Origin: Hormiphora californensis
Taxonomy: Eukaryota > Animalia > Ctenophora
NCBI GenBank assembly: GCA_020137815.1
Contig: CM035351.1
Coordinates: forward strand, 7,006,001-7,070,000
Length of the DNA: 64,000 nt
Direction: 5' to 3'
Positions 1-17,641 of the stretch are shown here, piece by piece. Each line of letters starts with the position of its first letter. The stretch's first letter is position 1. Below the pieces are notes generated by a model. That model had not been told where the DNA came from. It was given only the letters and a program-made list of their open reading frames with translations, and did not search any database. A program made the translations under genes and the position numbers.

Positions 1-605
1 TAGTATGAGGCACGTCCCTTTAACGTCTGTTGAAAGTTTACGTCTGGACTACGTCGTGACGTTAATATGCAAGATTGGCCAAAATGTTGAAAAACATGAC
101 ACAATGACCGAATGGATAGACTGTGTAGCATGACAAGTCTTTTTACCTCAGTACACAAGCAAATACGTACTACGTCACAACGTAGTCTTGTGCACATGCA
201 GTGTTGTCACGATTATTGCTTGGATAAGACGACTCAGCATTATCGAATGTTTTGTCTGCTAGGTTATAGATTGACAGGCTGTCTCCCACAGCGAAGGGGA
301 TTCACCTGTATCAGGGCAAAATAAATGTTTTCTTGTCATGATAATCGGGATATCTGGCCTACGGATTTTATGAGGGGGTATATTTCAATTTTAAAGTGTG
401 AATGATTACTCCTTAATCTAATTAGGGGCTACGCTATGACACGTGGAACTTGAAGCATGCCCTGAACGCGCACGATTCCAGTGTTGCGACACACACACAG
501 AAGAAAAAAGCAGTACTTTGGACAGGGGGTGACTATACACTTGTTAACTCTATCTTGTTCCGTTAGATGACCTAATATCTCCTGATTTGTAACTTCTTGT
601 TACAG

Positions 606-2593
<1,988 letters not shown>

Positions 2594-3114
2594 CAGTGGT
2601 GTGGCTGTATATCTTCTATTGTGTGTCGGACTCTCAACTGGACACTTCATGGAATGAAGCTCAAATTGACATTCCCGGGGTCGGATTCAGCTTTCAGCAA
2701 CTCACAGCGAGGACCTCGTTCCAGAAACTTTGACGACTTCGACAGTAAAGATTGGCTCACAGGCAAGACTTTTTAACTGACCATGACATGCCCACTTTTT
2801 TTTTTCGTTTTTAGCTTTTTTGCACGCGATTTTAGATTAGTTTTTTGACAGTGTTTTGTTATAACTATATTTGTTGCATCTAATCAACCAATTAATGCAT
2901 TTTAAATGTGAAATCCCTAGCTCTGACGGCTGACCCTGTTTATGACGGCGAAAAACTTCCATTCAACGTTTGCCGCCAGTTTTGCTTTTGTACAACACTA
3001 AACGTTGCCGCGCCGCGCACTCACATTTTAAAATTTTCGGCCGAGAATTTTTAAATCCGGATCCCAAATTTTTGTTTTTTCACCGCGTTTTTTCTCAGAA
3101 CTCGCTCCTCCGTG

Positions 3115-5682
<2,568 letters not shown>

Positions 5683-5904
5683 AGATATATTAGGGTCGAG
5701 TTTTTATTGTTATTAATCTTTGTTCATGGTTTTGTGTGTACATGTCCGATATTTTATACCACGTAATCTGACCTTTTACTCTGCTCTGATGTCACACCTA
5801 ACTCTGAGACTCTTGTAACAATTCTCTCCACATGATAATTATAGGATATGTGACACAAGATAAACCTCCTCCATTCTCTGGTGTTGTAAACGTTACCTCG
5901 CATC

Positions 5905-6318
5905 ATGGGTTACACGTTCCGTGAGTTATACTGCTTCAAAGCCAGACCCAGGCACAGATGGAGGGGGTCTGCAGCCGCTAAACACGCCGAGCATACAGTA
6001 GCGGGAGATATTTATGTGGGGGACTACGCTCGGTTAAGGTGGGGAATGAAGTACCTGGGTGTGCCATTAGCATTTCTAGGTTTCACCTTCACCTGGGGGT
6101 ACTACCTAGTGAGGAGCCACGGAATGTTGCACTACATTAATGATCCTGTAGAGGGAGCTAAAGTGTATTATGAGAAATTAGTGAATAATAATCTGGTAAA
6201 GATGGCTAAAGATGATCGGGCGGCGAGGCAACGTGAGGCGTATAAAAAGGCCCTGGAGAAAAAGGAGAGGGAGATTATGGCACAATTCGCAGAATTTGAA
6301 ATTGAGGATGAGAAATGA
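5905..6318 (+). CDS. Hypothetical 137-aa single-pass membrane protein with charged C-terminal helix
   Basis: Intronless ORF filling the gap between ALDH9 and OGG1. Basic N-terminus, one hydrophobic segment (YLGVPLAFLGFTFTWGYYLV), coiled-coil-like tail. Confidence 0.7.
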   Translation: MGYTFRELYCFKARPRHRWRGSAAAKHAEHTVAGDIYVGDYARLRWGMKYLGVPLAFLGFTFTWGYYLVRSHGMLHYINDPVEGAKVYYEKLVNNNLVKMAKDDRAARQREAYKKALEKKEREIMAQFAEFEIEDEK

Positions 6319-6441
6319 ACACAGATCTGTTTTTATAAAACTCATTTTATAGTTGTGTTAGTTTTCGTATTTGTTAAATGTTACAGTTTTACAGTGAGTG
6401 TGTTGAGTCTTAAAACTAACTAATCCCTGTTTTCTAGTGAC

Positions 6442-7675
6442 ATGAGAAACTATGCACTATCAGAGCTATGTCACCGGCTCCCTGTTTCCCTCTCAGAACT
6501 GAACATTGACAAGATCCTGGCATCAGGCCAAGTATTCAGATGGAGGAAGAGTGGGGAGACATGGTTCGGGGTTACCGGATCCCGACTATTTGTTCTCAGA
6601 CAAGACTCAACTGCCGTGCATTACACATGGTATGATATGGGGGATAATATGAGCAGTGAAGGAGAAGAATCTAAAGAGGATCCAATCAGTAAGGATGATA
6701 GAGAGGAAGAAGTGAGGGAACAACTTTCAGATTTCTTTAACTTGAATATAAAGGTAGTCAGAGCTAAGCGGGGCTTGGTCGACTGACGGACACCTCACTT
6801 CACTTGTTAGGGAACACGCCGGGCTGCGTCTTATCAGGAATGACCCTTACGAGTGTCTTATCTCCTTTATAACCTCAGCCTGCAACAATATACCACGCAT
6901 ATCATCCCTCCTTCTCTCCCTCTCCTCTCTCTCCGAAGTGTCCCATTCTATCTCCAACACTAACCTTCCATCCCCTCCCACCCATCTCCATCTTCTCTCA
7001 GCCGGGTATGGAGGATCGGTTACGGAAGCTTGGGTTTGGATACCGGGCCAAATACCTGGTTTCAGCGCTAACTGAGGTCCAGGAGCGGGGCGGTAAGGAC
7101 TGGTTGATGGGGTTAAGAGAGATGTCATTGGCAGATGCTAGGGTGGAGTTGTGTAGTTTGGCAGGTGTGGGCCCCAAGGTAGCATCCTGTGTGTGCCTCA
7201 TGTCCCTTGATAAACACGATGCCGTACCAATAGACACCCATATCCATCAGGTTAATATATTCACACTCTAGTTACCCCCTAGTTACCACTTACCTTACTA
7301 GTTACCCCCTAGTAACCCACTTGTTACCCCTACTCCCTCTTTTTCTATCTCTGATTCTGTTTCCAGGTGGCAATTAAGTTTTACAAGCAGCCAAAACGAA
7401 GTTTAACACCAGCACTACACGCTCAAATTGAGGAGTATTTCCAGGAGTGTCATGGCGACTACGCGGGGTGGGCTCAGCTCTACCTCTTCTATAGCAATGT
7501 AACCAATAAGGGATCCCATGCTACCAACCCTGCTAAGGCAGTTCCAGATGAGAACTCTACTCTTGAGAGCAGTGAGAAGAAGAGCAAAACAGAGGATAGT
7601 AGTGAAAGGAAGAGTAAAACAGAGGATAGTAGTGAAAGGAAGAGTAAACGTCGAAAATCTAGGCCAGTCATATGA
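6442..7675 (+). CDS. OGG1: 8-oxoguanine DNA glycosylase/lyase
   Basis: LASGQVFRW, GLRLIRNDPYECLISFITSACNNIPRI, LRKLGFGYRAKY, HhH-GPD LAGVGPKVASCVCLMSLDKHDAVPIDTH, GDYAGWAQLYLF. Intron 7251-7367. Indel near 6755-6765. C-terminal 30-bp repeats (SSERKSKTED). Confidence 0.92.
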
Positions 7676-8989
7676 TGTCGAAAGTAGATCAAAAATCGGC
7701 GTTCAAGTTGTAAATCTAATTCCACTTCTATGGCACTCTAATAGGTCCCTAGAACCACCAAAAAAATTCACCGCACTCTACGCGGTGGAGAACTTGACTT
7801 AATTGGGCCTAATTGGTTACAGGGTACTTTCAGCCTGAAGCCAACACCGTAAGTGCTCTTAGAGTAGGAGTAGAGAAAAAAACAAGGGCACTAAAGTGAT
7901 CAGCGCCCTCACATTAGTGGGGGTAGGTGCTAGAATTAAGTCTATATCTCATCCCGTTAATTAGATAATTGGATAATTAGATGCGCACATAGCCGTTTTA
8001 TGGTTATACGGTAAAAACCATCTTAGGAAACGAGTAGAGAAAAAACCAAGGGCACTAAAGTGTTCAGCGACCTCACATTAGTGGGGGTAGGTGCTGGAAT
8101 TAAGTCTCTATCTCATCTGGATAATTAGATAATTGGTTAATTAGATGCGCACATAGCCGTTTTTGGCCATATGGCTATATCCACTTAGGAGAGGCGTAGA
8201 GACTTTTTAGAGGCGCCATTTTGTAGGCAATGGCCAAGTTATGGGGGGTCTACGTCGGACTTTTAATCTCTATCTCCAACCGTTTAGCCGTTATTAGGCT
8301 TTAAAGGTGCTCAAAATCGGGCTTTTTACCGTTTTTTGCTCATTTTGAGCGCCTTTAAAGCCTAATAACGGCTAAACGGTTAGAGATAGAGCTTAAAAGT
8401 CCGACGAAGACCCCCCATAACTTGGCCATTGCCTACAAAATGGCGCCTGTAAAAAGTCTCTACGCCTCTCCTAAGTGGATATAGCCATATGGCCAAAAAC
8501 GGCTATGTGCGCATCTAATTAACCAATTATCTAATTATCCAGATGAGATAGAGACTTAATTCCAGCACCTACCCCCACTAATGTGAGGTCGCTGAACACT
8601 TTAGTGCCCTTGGTTTTTTCTCTACTCGTTTCCTAACATGGTTTTTACCGTATAACCATAAAACGGCTATGTGCGCATCTAATTATCCAATTATCTAATT
8701 AACGGGATGAGATATAGACTTAATTCCAGCACCTACCCCCACTAATGTGAGGGCGCTGATCACTTTAGTGCCCTTGTTTTTTTCTCTACTCCTACTCTAA
8801 GGGCACTTACGGTGTTGGCTTCAGGCTGAAAGTACCCTGTAACCAATTAGGCCCAATTAAGTCAAGTTCTCCACCGCGTAGAGTGCGGTGAATTTTTTTG
8901 GTGGTTCTAGGGACCTATTAGAGTGCCATAGAAGTGGAATTAGATTTACAACTTTTACGCCGAGAAAAAAACGTCATATGACCGGCCTA
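7660..8989. mobile_element. ~1.33-kb foldback (palindromic) non-autonomous element
   Basis: Termini taggccagtcatatga / tcatatgaccggccta. Arms are near-perfect reverse complements around a ~24-nt spacer at ~8318-8341. Each arm has internal ~165-bp direct subrepeats. Confidence 0.9.
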
Positions 8990-9168
8990 ATCAGGGAGGT
9001 AGCTTGAATTTAAATCAGATTTTTAACCTTTTTAAAGAAGTTTTTATTCAATTTAATATTGTAAGTTGTAACTTTATTATTATATTCTACACATATTATA
9101 TGTAACATGCATTTCTCGATTTGACCTTATCTAGTCAGACCGTAGAACTGTCTCCAGCAGTGTCTCGG

Positions 9169-9295
<127 letters not shown>

Positions 9296-10136
9296 TTGGT
9301 TTGGTTTGGTAGGACTACGGTCTTGCCACTAAGCAGCCAGCTACTGTCGGCACCGTGTTATTATAATATCTATATGAAAGACCCGAAGGAGACGCAGGTG
9401 CTCAGTACCACCATATTGTCAACACTTCAGATATAAAGGGATTTTGAAAAGTGTAAGATTTCAGTTTGAGATTGAGAAGAGAGGCAGAACTATGGAAGGG
9501 ATTTGGGCTGGTTCTAGATCCCTACATCCTGGGGAGTAGGACGGGATGCCGACCAGTGATCACGATCACATCAGACAGACAGTCTGAGTTGACCGACACG
9601 GATACGTGTGTAGGAAGCACGTGAAGCCGAAAAAAGTATAAAGCTAGCGTGACTCTGTCCTTCGCACAGTGTCAAGATTTAAACATGCAGGGGATGCAAT
9701 AGAAAGGGTAATAAGAGCACGCCCCGAAGGACTGAAAATCGGTCATAGTGTCTGTCGTCGACGGGGTCAGTTCTCACTCCTCAACTCTCAAGCACTCGTT
9801 CTCGGTTTGTAGATTGTCTTGTTAGTACTGTCAAGAGAGCTAGTCCAAGACTAGGTGAAACCAACACCTCTATCTGGCTGGACAAGGGTGCGATCCGGAT
9901 TGCTCCTATAATCGAAACTGTCGATTTGACAGAGTGACAATTATAGCGAGATTGTGCGTGACTGGGATGACGCAAGGGGTAAGATATCCCAGATGACATG
10001 AACTGAGTGGCGATCGTGTTACCGTCTCATGAACCATGTAAATGGCGTCTAGTCAGAACTTGTAGAGATAACCACGTGGGGATGAAGGGTTGAGATGGCT
10101 GGGAATAATAAATTGTGAGTGAGGGAGAGAGAAAGA

Positions 10137-10202
<66 letters not shown>

Positions 10203-11058
10203 AGAAAGAGAGAAGAGAGAGAGAAAGAGAGCGAGTGAGAAAGAGAGCGAGCGAGGGGCAGGGTGGAACAGAAAGATCACACCTAATTGGAGAAATTGGG
10301 CTGAAGAAGATAAGAATGGGACATGCGAGAGAGGGAAAAAAAGGGGGGGGGATGATGATTGATGAAAGAGGAAGAATGCTCTGGCAGGGGCAAAAATGCG
10401 CTGGCAGGGGCAAAAATAGGGAAAGTGAGGGAAAGTGAGGAAGAAAAGAGAGACAAAGAAGATACAGAGAAGAGATGGGCAGGCTGGAGAGTCAAGAAAG
10501 AGAAACTAGGCAGAGGACCAGGGCACTGGGCAGCGGACAAGCCAGGATAAGAGGCCCAGAAGCAAGAAAAGGGGATGACACTCGAATACAAGAATGCAGC
10601 AAACAGGAGTCAGGAGAAATACGTCCAATAATGGACAAGAGGGGAATCACAAAACCTGAACGTAAAAATATAGAAATATAAGATACAAAAGAAAAAAAAA
10701 GGGGGGGGGGGGTACTACAGCTGTAACAGACTATACTATACATATAAATGAAAAGGAGAGGATACAGGAATAATGAACCTACAAGTGGGCTGATACAGAC
10801 CAGAACAGACCAGAACAGACCAGACACTACGCTAACAGGGATAGAGGTTCAGACGAGATACAGACTCAACAACAACTGGACAAGCAAGCAGACTGGTTCT
10901 TATCTGATTGTTGAGAAGTTGCTTCTTGATGTGAACTCCTCCAATATAATAGTCCATAGTTGATTTGCAGGATTTGGTAAATTCTCTGAGAATTCTATGT
11001 CCCCAGGATACAGACATCGACAGATAAAACAAAACAACGAGCGATGAAATTTAATCCC

Positions 11059-11164
<106 letters not shown>

Positions 11165-11177
11165 CTGAAGGTTTGTC

Positions 11178-11918
11178 ATGTCTGAGATTTGGAAGCATCC
11201 TCCATGTCTGGACCCCTCTCCAGTTATCGCTGCACGGCTCTCTATCTCTCAAGATGCAGCCACAGAGCTCATCTCAAATGAAGTCTGCACCTGTATCAAC
11301 ATCACTACAGAGCAGGGACAAGATATGGTGGAATCAGCCATGTCCCATCTAGTGGAACTGTCGCATGTCTACAGACGCCAAACAGCCATGACTACTTGTG
11401 GGGTAGCGTCTATAGCAATAACCGTGGACTACCTTGACAGAAAAGCAGAGGAGCTGTCTACTGAGGAGGATGTGTTTAAATATTTTAGAGTTACCAGCGA
11501 TACAGGTCCGGCTATTTTGGACGAGGGTGTCGTCAGGAAATGTGGCATGACCCTGGATACTCTTGCACGTGCATGTGCCCAGTTCTACCCCTCAGCTACT
11601 AAAATACACCGTCCTGAGACCCTGGGGGACCTCAAGATGCTCCTAGAGGATCACTTCCTCACTCCTGAAGTGTGTGGTAGACGGTCAGTGATCCTGTGTA
11701 ACTATAACATGACACTAGCAGGGCAGGGTAGTTGGTGGGGTGGCCACATATCCCCCATAGCAGCATATAACTCCAAGACGGGTCATGTTCTGGTGCTGGA
11801 TGTATGGATGTACACTGAGCCCTGCTGGGTGTCATTGGAGATGTTGCTCGCTGCAACACGACACCATGACCCCGATTCTGGTCTACCAAGAGGCTTTGTG
11901 CGGGTCACTTCTAACTGA
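11178..11918 (+). CDS. Phytochelatin synthase-like protein (glutathione gamma-glutamylcysteinyltransferase, catalytic domain only), intronless
   Basis: Q-x5-CG ([15 protein letters not shown]), [43 protein letters not shown]. Cys/His/Asp triad of the papain-like phytochelatin synthase family. Confidence 0.88.
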   Translation: MSEIWKHPPCLDPSPVIAARLSISQDAATELISNEVCTCINITTEQGQDMVESAMSHLVELSHVYRRQTAMTTCGVASIAITVDYLDRKAEELSTEEDVFKYFRVTSDTGPAILDEGVVRKCGMTLDTLARACAQFYPSATKIHRPETLGDLKMLLEDHFLTPEVCGRRSVILCNYNMTLAGQGSWWGGHISPIAAYNSKTGHVLVLDVWMYTEPCWVSLEMLLAATRHHDPDSGLPRGFVRVTSN

Positions 11919-12279
11919 TAAAGGAGACAATTATTGATTAAACATGTTTTGATTCAGATCATGAGGTTTTTTATTGTTAAGTTTTATCTTTAATTGATGT
12001 CATGATTCATTTTTCTGTTCTTAGTGTGCTACTTTGACCGCGTGTTTTATTGTTTTATAAGCAGTACGTGTACCTACTACCTACCCACCAGGTGCCACCC
12101 ACACACTATAGTTGGCGCTATATTGTGAAATATGAATGTGTTCCTTGAGTGTTCCAAATACACGTCTCGAAATGTTTCTCTCCCCGTCTTTGTTATAAGA
12201 GGAGGGCACACTCTGATGTATGGTAATTAGCACTAAGTACTAAGTTAGTACTACTAACCCCACTATGTGTTATAGCAAT

Positions 12280-15200
12280 ATGGAGATCAGCAGGTTAATG
12301 TCAGAGAGAACTGAGGCGGGTGAGCGGCAATGGTGTAGTATACGATGCAAGGGACAGCAGCCCTATATCTCCGAGGCAGACGACTGTAAGACACTCTACC
12401 AGGCCTTCCAGAGAGGTCTCAGTATCACTATGGATGGGCCCTGTCTGGGGTGGAGACCTGGTCCCGAGGAGCCCTACTCCTGGCTCAGTTATCAAGAGGT
12501 AGATGCCCTGGCTGCCAAGGTGGCTAGTGGTCTGGTGTGGAGGGGTGTGAAGAAGGCAGAATTTGTGGGGATCTCATCACATAACTGTTGTGAGTGGACC
12601 ACACTGGCCATTGGATGCGATAGGCAGGTAATATAATGGGGTTATCTAATATTCAAAACCTAGGAATTCCAAATTGGGGACAAGAAGTCAGATTTGTGAG
12701 TCTCCTCTCTCCCCTTGATCTGCTGAACTCGCACAGAGCATGCGTGTGAGCTAAACAACCCTCCCCTGCTCATAAAACAACACAAGTTTCCAATACTTCC
12801 TCTACCAGGCAATGATACTGTGCCCCCTGTACGACACTCTGGGAGAGGAGGCAGTCAAGTTTTGTGTTAACCAGACTGAACTGAAAGTACTAATTTGTGC
12901 TGCCAAAACCACCGCCGCCTACCTATCTTATCTTCCCGAGGTACAAGGCATTTTTCATTTTATCATGCTGCTAAGAAATCCAAAACCTCTTTTAGATAAT
13001 AATATAGTCTACATCTATCAGCAGAGTTTGCTAAAACCTATTTTGCTCTAACCCTCCTTTATAGGGACATAGAGAGCGTCGATCAAGCCAAAATAATAAA
13101 ACAATATCCCCCCCAGACACCCACTGTGAAGGTGGTGGTTAAGATAGGACCTGTTACAGAGGAGGAGAAGGAGCAGGGCAGTGTACATGGTGTTGATGTG
13201 ATCAGTTTTAGTGATCTAGTTAAAGATGGAGAGGAACACCCTGTACCTGCTGACCCTCCCGCTCCTGGAGATATTGCTACTATTTGCTATACCAGCGGAA
13301 CCACAGGTGATTACACGTGATTGAATGTGATACTGTTCTGTGTATACAACAGTCAACCTCGATTTACCCTTCCCAAGAGGGGTAACTCCAGGTTTGGATT
13401 GTTTGTGTCCTTGAATTGTGTGATTTCAGCCGGCTCCTTTGTATTTGGCATGCCAGTATCTGATTGAGATGTTGTGTGTTGTGTTTGTGCCTGCTAATGT
13501 ATTTTGCCTCCCAAAAAGTGTTAATCGCTGTCAGGTATCTCCCCTAGAATCTCCCTTCCTCTGAGAGGTAACTAGGGAGGTACCTGACAGTGCAAGTGAG
13601 GCATGGTCATGCTAATAATTTGCTCTCCTCGGGCCTCCCAGGACTTCCTAAGGGTGCCATGCTCACCCACGGAGCCATGACCAGCACCGCATACGCTGTT
13701 GAATCAATATTGAGCGAGCACCGAATGACCCGTGATGATGTCAACATATCCTATCTGCCCGCTTCACATGTCTTCGAGCGGGAACTCCAGGTAACTCCTT
13801 GTAACTGCATGCTCCTCTTTCAGGGGAGCCAAAGGGTGTCATGATCTCCCACTACTGTCTTATATCCACTGTATATGCGGTGGGTAGTCACTTGGCGGAA
13901 CATACCTTCACCTCAGAGGACTGTGAGATATCCTACCTACCCGCCGCACACGCTTTCGAGCGAGGGCAACAGGTTACATAGTTTGGTGGAGCATTCTTCT
14001 GTTGCATGTCAACTTTAAAACACAGTATTTAAACTTTGTTAAAATTACAATTTGTTAAAGCTGTGTGTCCTAATATTGATTTGATCTCTCTCCAGTATTG
14101 TATCCTGATGGCTGGAGGGAGGATTGGTTTCTGGCAAGGTGATGTCAGGAAGCTAAGCAGTGACATGATGGAATTGAAGCCCACAGTGTTCGCCTGTGTA
14201 CCTCGCATTATTAACAGGATATATGATAAGATCATGGCTGAGGTTCGTGTGTATTATTGTGTACTGACTAGACTGTGTGTACTGAGTTAGATATTATATG
14301 ACAGGTCTATTACTTAGCAAGTCTATTGACATGTGTAAAACAGTCTGCTATTAGTCAATAGTCAACTGGTTACACAGATGTCAGATATCTATCTAGATGA
14401 TTACTGATTATTGATAAGTGATTATAATGTATTGGCTAATTAGATATTCTTGTAATGCTGACATCCCTTGTACATCACCCCTCATCTAGGATTTGATAAT
14501 AGAACAGTTATACATCCCCCTCATCTAGGATTTTATAATAAAACAATACACCCCTCTCATCTAGGATTTTATAACAATACATCCCCCTCTAGGTGAACTC
14601 TAGCGCAGTGAAGAGTTATCTATTCAACTGGGCCTTGGGAAGTAAGAAGGCTGAAGTTGGTAATGGTGTGGTCCGAAATAACAGCATGTGGGATTACGTC
14701 GTTTTCTCCAAGGTACAATTATATGATTAGATCCCAATTAAGTAATAGAGTTGGTACCGATATTCCAATATTGCAATCACATGTTCTAGTAACCCTTGAC
14801 CCCCGGCCCCCACTAGCGATCAAGCTGAGAATAAGCTACTTCACCCCTCACTATCAGGTACAAAAGATGTTGGGTGGAAGGGTCAGGTTGATGCCCTGTG
14901 GAGCTGCTCCCTTCAAGTTCGAGGTCCTCCAGTTCTTTAGGGCTGCCCTGGGAGCCGTGGTGCTTGAGGTAAATTCTCAGCTCCCTCCATAGATTGTTGT
15001 ATGACTCAACACCCCAGTAATGAAATTGAACAAATTGAATATAATTTTCTGTTTTTGAGATAGGTTTTGTCAGCTTCCTCTAAAAAGTATCCTTCCAGGG
15101 CTATGGCCAGACGGAGTGCTGTGGGTGTTGTGTGGTGTCTATCCCTGGAGATTACAGGGGAGGGTGTGTAGGAGGGGTTGTGCATAATTGTGTCATGAAA

Positions 15201-16155
15201 TTAGAGAGTGTTCCTGAAATGGGCTACCACACTGAGAACAATCAAGGTATAAACCAAAGTTCCCTAATTCTGTATTTTGTTGGCATGTCGGACAGTGAAG
15301 TGATGATATAAAGACTATAGTATCCCCATTCTAAGTATGTTTCATAATATATTCACTAAATATCACACGACCACCAGGTGAGATCTGTATCAAGGGTGAC
15401 AATGTGTTTTCCTATTACTTCAAGAACCCAGAGAAGACTGCTGAAACTCTAGATGAGGGAGGGTGGTTACACACTGGGGATATCGGGGAGATTAACGCGG
15501 AGGGAGGGCTCAGGATTATAGACAGAAAGAAGAATATCTTCAAACTGAGTCAGGGAGAGTACATTGCACCTGAGAAGATCGAGCTACTGTATGAGAGAAT
15601 TCCTCTTGTTTCACAGGTGAGATATATTGTCATGGTATATTATTGTGTGTCCCCTGTTCATTGTGTGTAAGGTTTTATAGCTATTATTATATGGCCGGGG
15701 TAAATGATTTATCGTAAATTATAAATCAATTATAAGTCCCGAATTTATTGCAAACAGGCAAACAAATAAGTCATGCCACCCTAGCATGGCATGAGAGCTG
15801 TGCGTGATTCCGATCATTATTGGATATTGTCCAACTCTCCTATCATGCTATGCTTCATTGTTTAGTCATCTATCTTCATTGTTTAACTAAACATTCATAT
15901 CTCTCTCTCTCTCTCTCTGTAGGTGTGTGTTTACGGAAACTCTACTAAAAACAACCTTATCGCCCTGGTGATCCCTGACGAGATCGCTGCCAAGAAGTGG
16001 GCTAAGGAGGAGGGGCTGGAGGAGACCAGCATGGAGGAACTTGTTAAAAACAAGGCACTTCGTAAAGTAATCCTGGACGAGGTAGGTTGGCAATGTGCCC
16101 GTGATGTAATTATTAATCCACTGAAAGACACATCTTTCTATCTCTCCTCTTTCTT

Positions 16156-16244
<89 letters not shown>

Positions 16245-16762
16245 ATCTTTCTCTATCTTTCTCTATCTTTCTCTCCCTCTCTCTTTCTTTTTCAACTTGA
16301 AAGCACACGGAGTCTTCCTCAGAGGAGTCTACACTTTGAAAAAGACACGCTTGTATTAAATACACGGTGTCTATCATATTATCAGATCTGTGTGTTTTGC
16401 ACGCCTAGAAGCGCCAGTTCCACTTCTCGCGTGTCTAGCTCGCACTTGTTGAGCGCTCTCAGGGCCGGTAACAAACTTCCCATGTTACCACATACCAGCC
16501 TCACCAACATTCTAATGACCCTATTACATAGTTACTAATAACCCTATTAGTTACTAATAACCCCCAACCCTACTATCAGTGTACCAAGATTGGTCGAGAG
16601 GGTGGACTCCGATCCTTTGAGCTCGTTAAGAAGATGTACCTGGATTACATTCCCTTCTCAATTGAAAACAATCTAATGACACCCACCTTCAAACTGAAGA
16701 GACACAACATCAATATCCATTACAAGGATATCATTGAACGAATGTATGAAAACCTGGACTGA
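12280..16762 (+). CDS. ACSL: Long-chain fatty acyl-CoA synthetase (ACSL1/5/6 type)
   Basis: Approximate exons 12280-12627, 12809-12940, 13118-13306, (13642-13790 OR 13824-13972), 14096-14242, 14593-14712, 14858-14968, 15099-15247, 15378-15616, 15923-16081, 16580-16762. Motifs [63 protein letters not shown]. Confidence 0.95.
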
Positions 16763-17641
16763 TGATGCCAGTTGTGTGTTTGGACTCCCTGGTGGCGTGA
16801 CTTTGTGTGAGTGAAACACTAAAGAGAGAGAGAGATATAGGTAGAGGAGAGAGAGAGAAAAGGTTTATGTTTTTTTGAAACACAGAAAATTTTTAGTATA
16901 ATATTAATTTATGTACCTTCTCTGTAGTGCAAATGTGTGATATGTGGACAATTTTTAACTCGCAGATAGCGGGAGAGAAACTTTTTGTAAAGGATATATA
17001 CCATGATTGATAATTTAAATTTGAATGTAAGTTAAGCCAAGACTAATCGTAATGTCCGCCAATGTGAAACGTCCTACCTCTCAAACTCTCTTACCTGATA
17101 TGGCGTCTCATATTTGCATAAAATGAGAAATGAGCTTAGGTCGAGTGACCGGATAGGACAAATGACGTAGGCGGCGAAGTCACCAATCCAGACACATCCG
17201 CGCAAACTAGCGCTATACGACTAGCAAATCCGCGCGCACAGAACAGGCGAGTCTGTGCGCGGCGCCATGTAAGGAGTGTCGATAGTTTGCTTTTCATGTC
17301 CACAATGCAGACAAACGTGCGCGATTAGTTTCCGGAGTGCTAAAACCACCGCCCAGAGTTTAGTGGTCCAATCAGCCTAATCGATCCTAGTGTTCAAAAA
17401 TTACAGTTTTTGAGTTTTCTAGCAGAGACAAAGAAGAAACTACAAAATCTAAAGGAACTTAAACCGTCAAAATTAAAACATCAATTTACGCAGTTTTACA
17501 CATATCTCATTATCTCAAGATCTCAGTACCTACTTGGACTCCCAATTAATAATTAACTCAAATGGAGTGCTGTCTTCTGCATAGCATTTCGGAAAAATCA
17601 TATGGGTTTAAAAGTACACTCTCTGTCTCCAAACTCTAGTG

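Noticed and set aside
9310-10030. Degenerate LINE/retroelement fragment on the - strand
   Set aside because: The composition is suggestive, but no reverse-transcriptase or endonuclease motif could be read.
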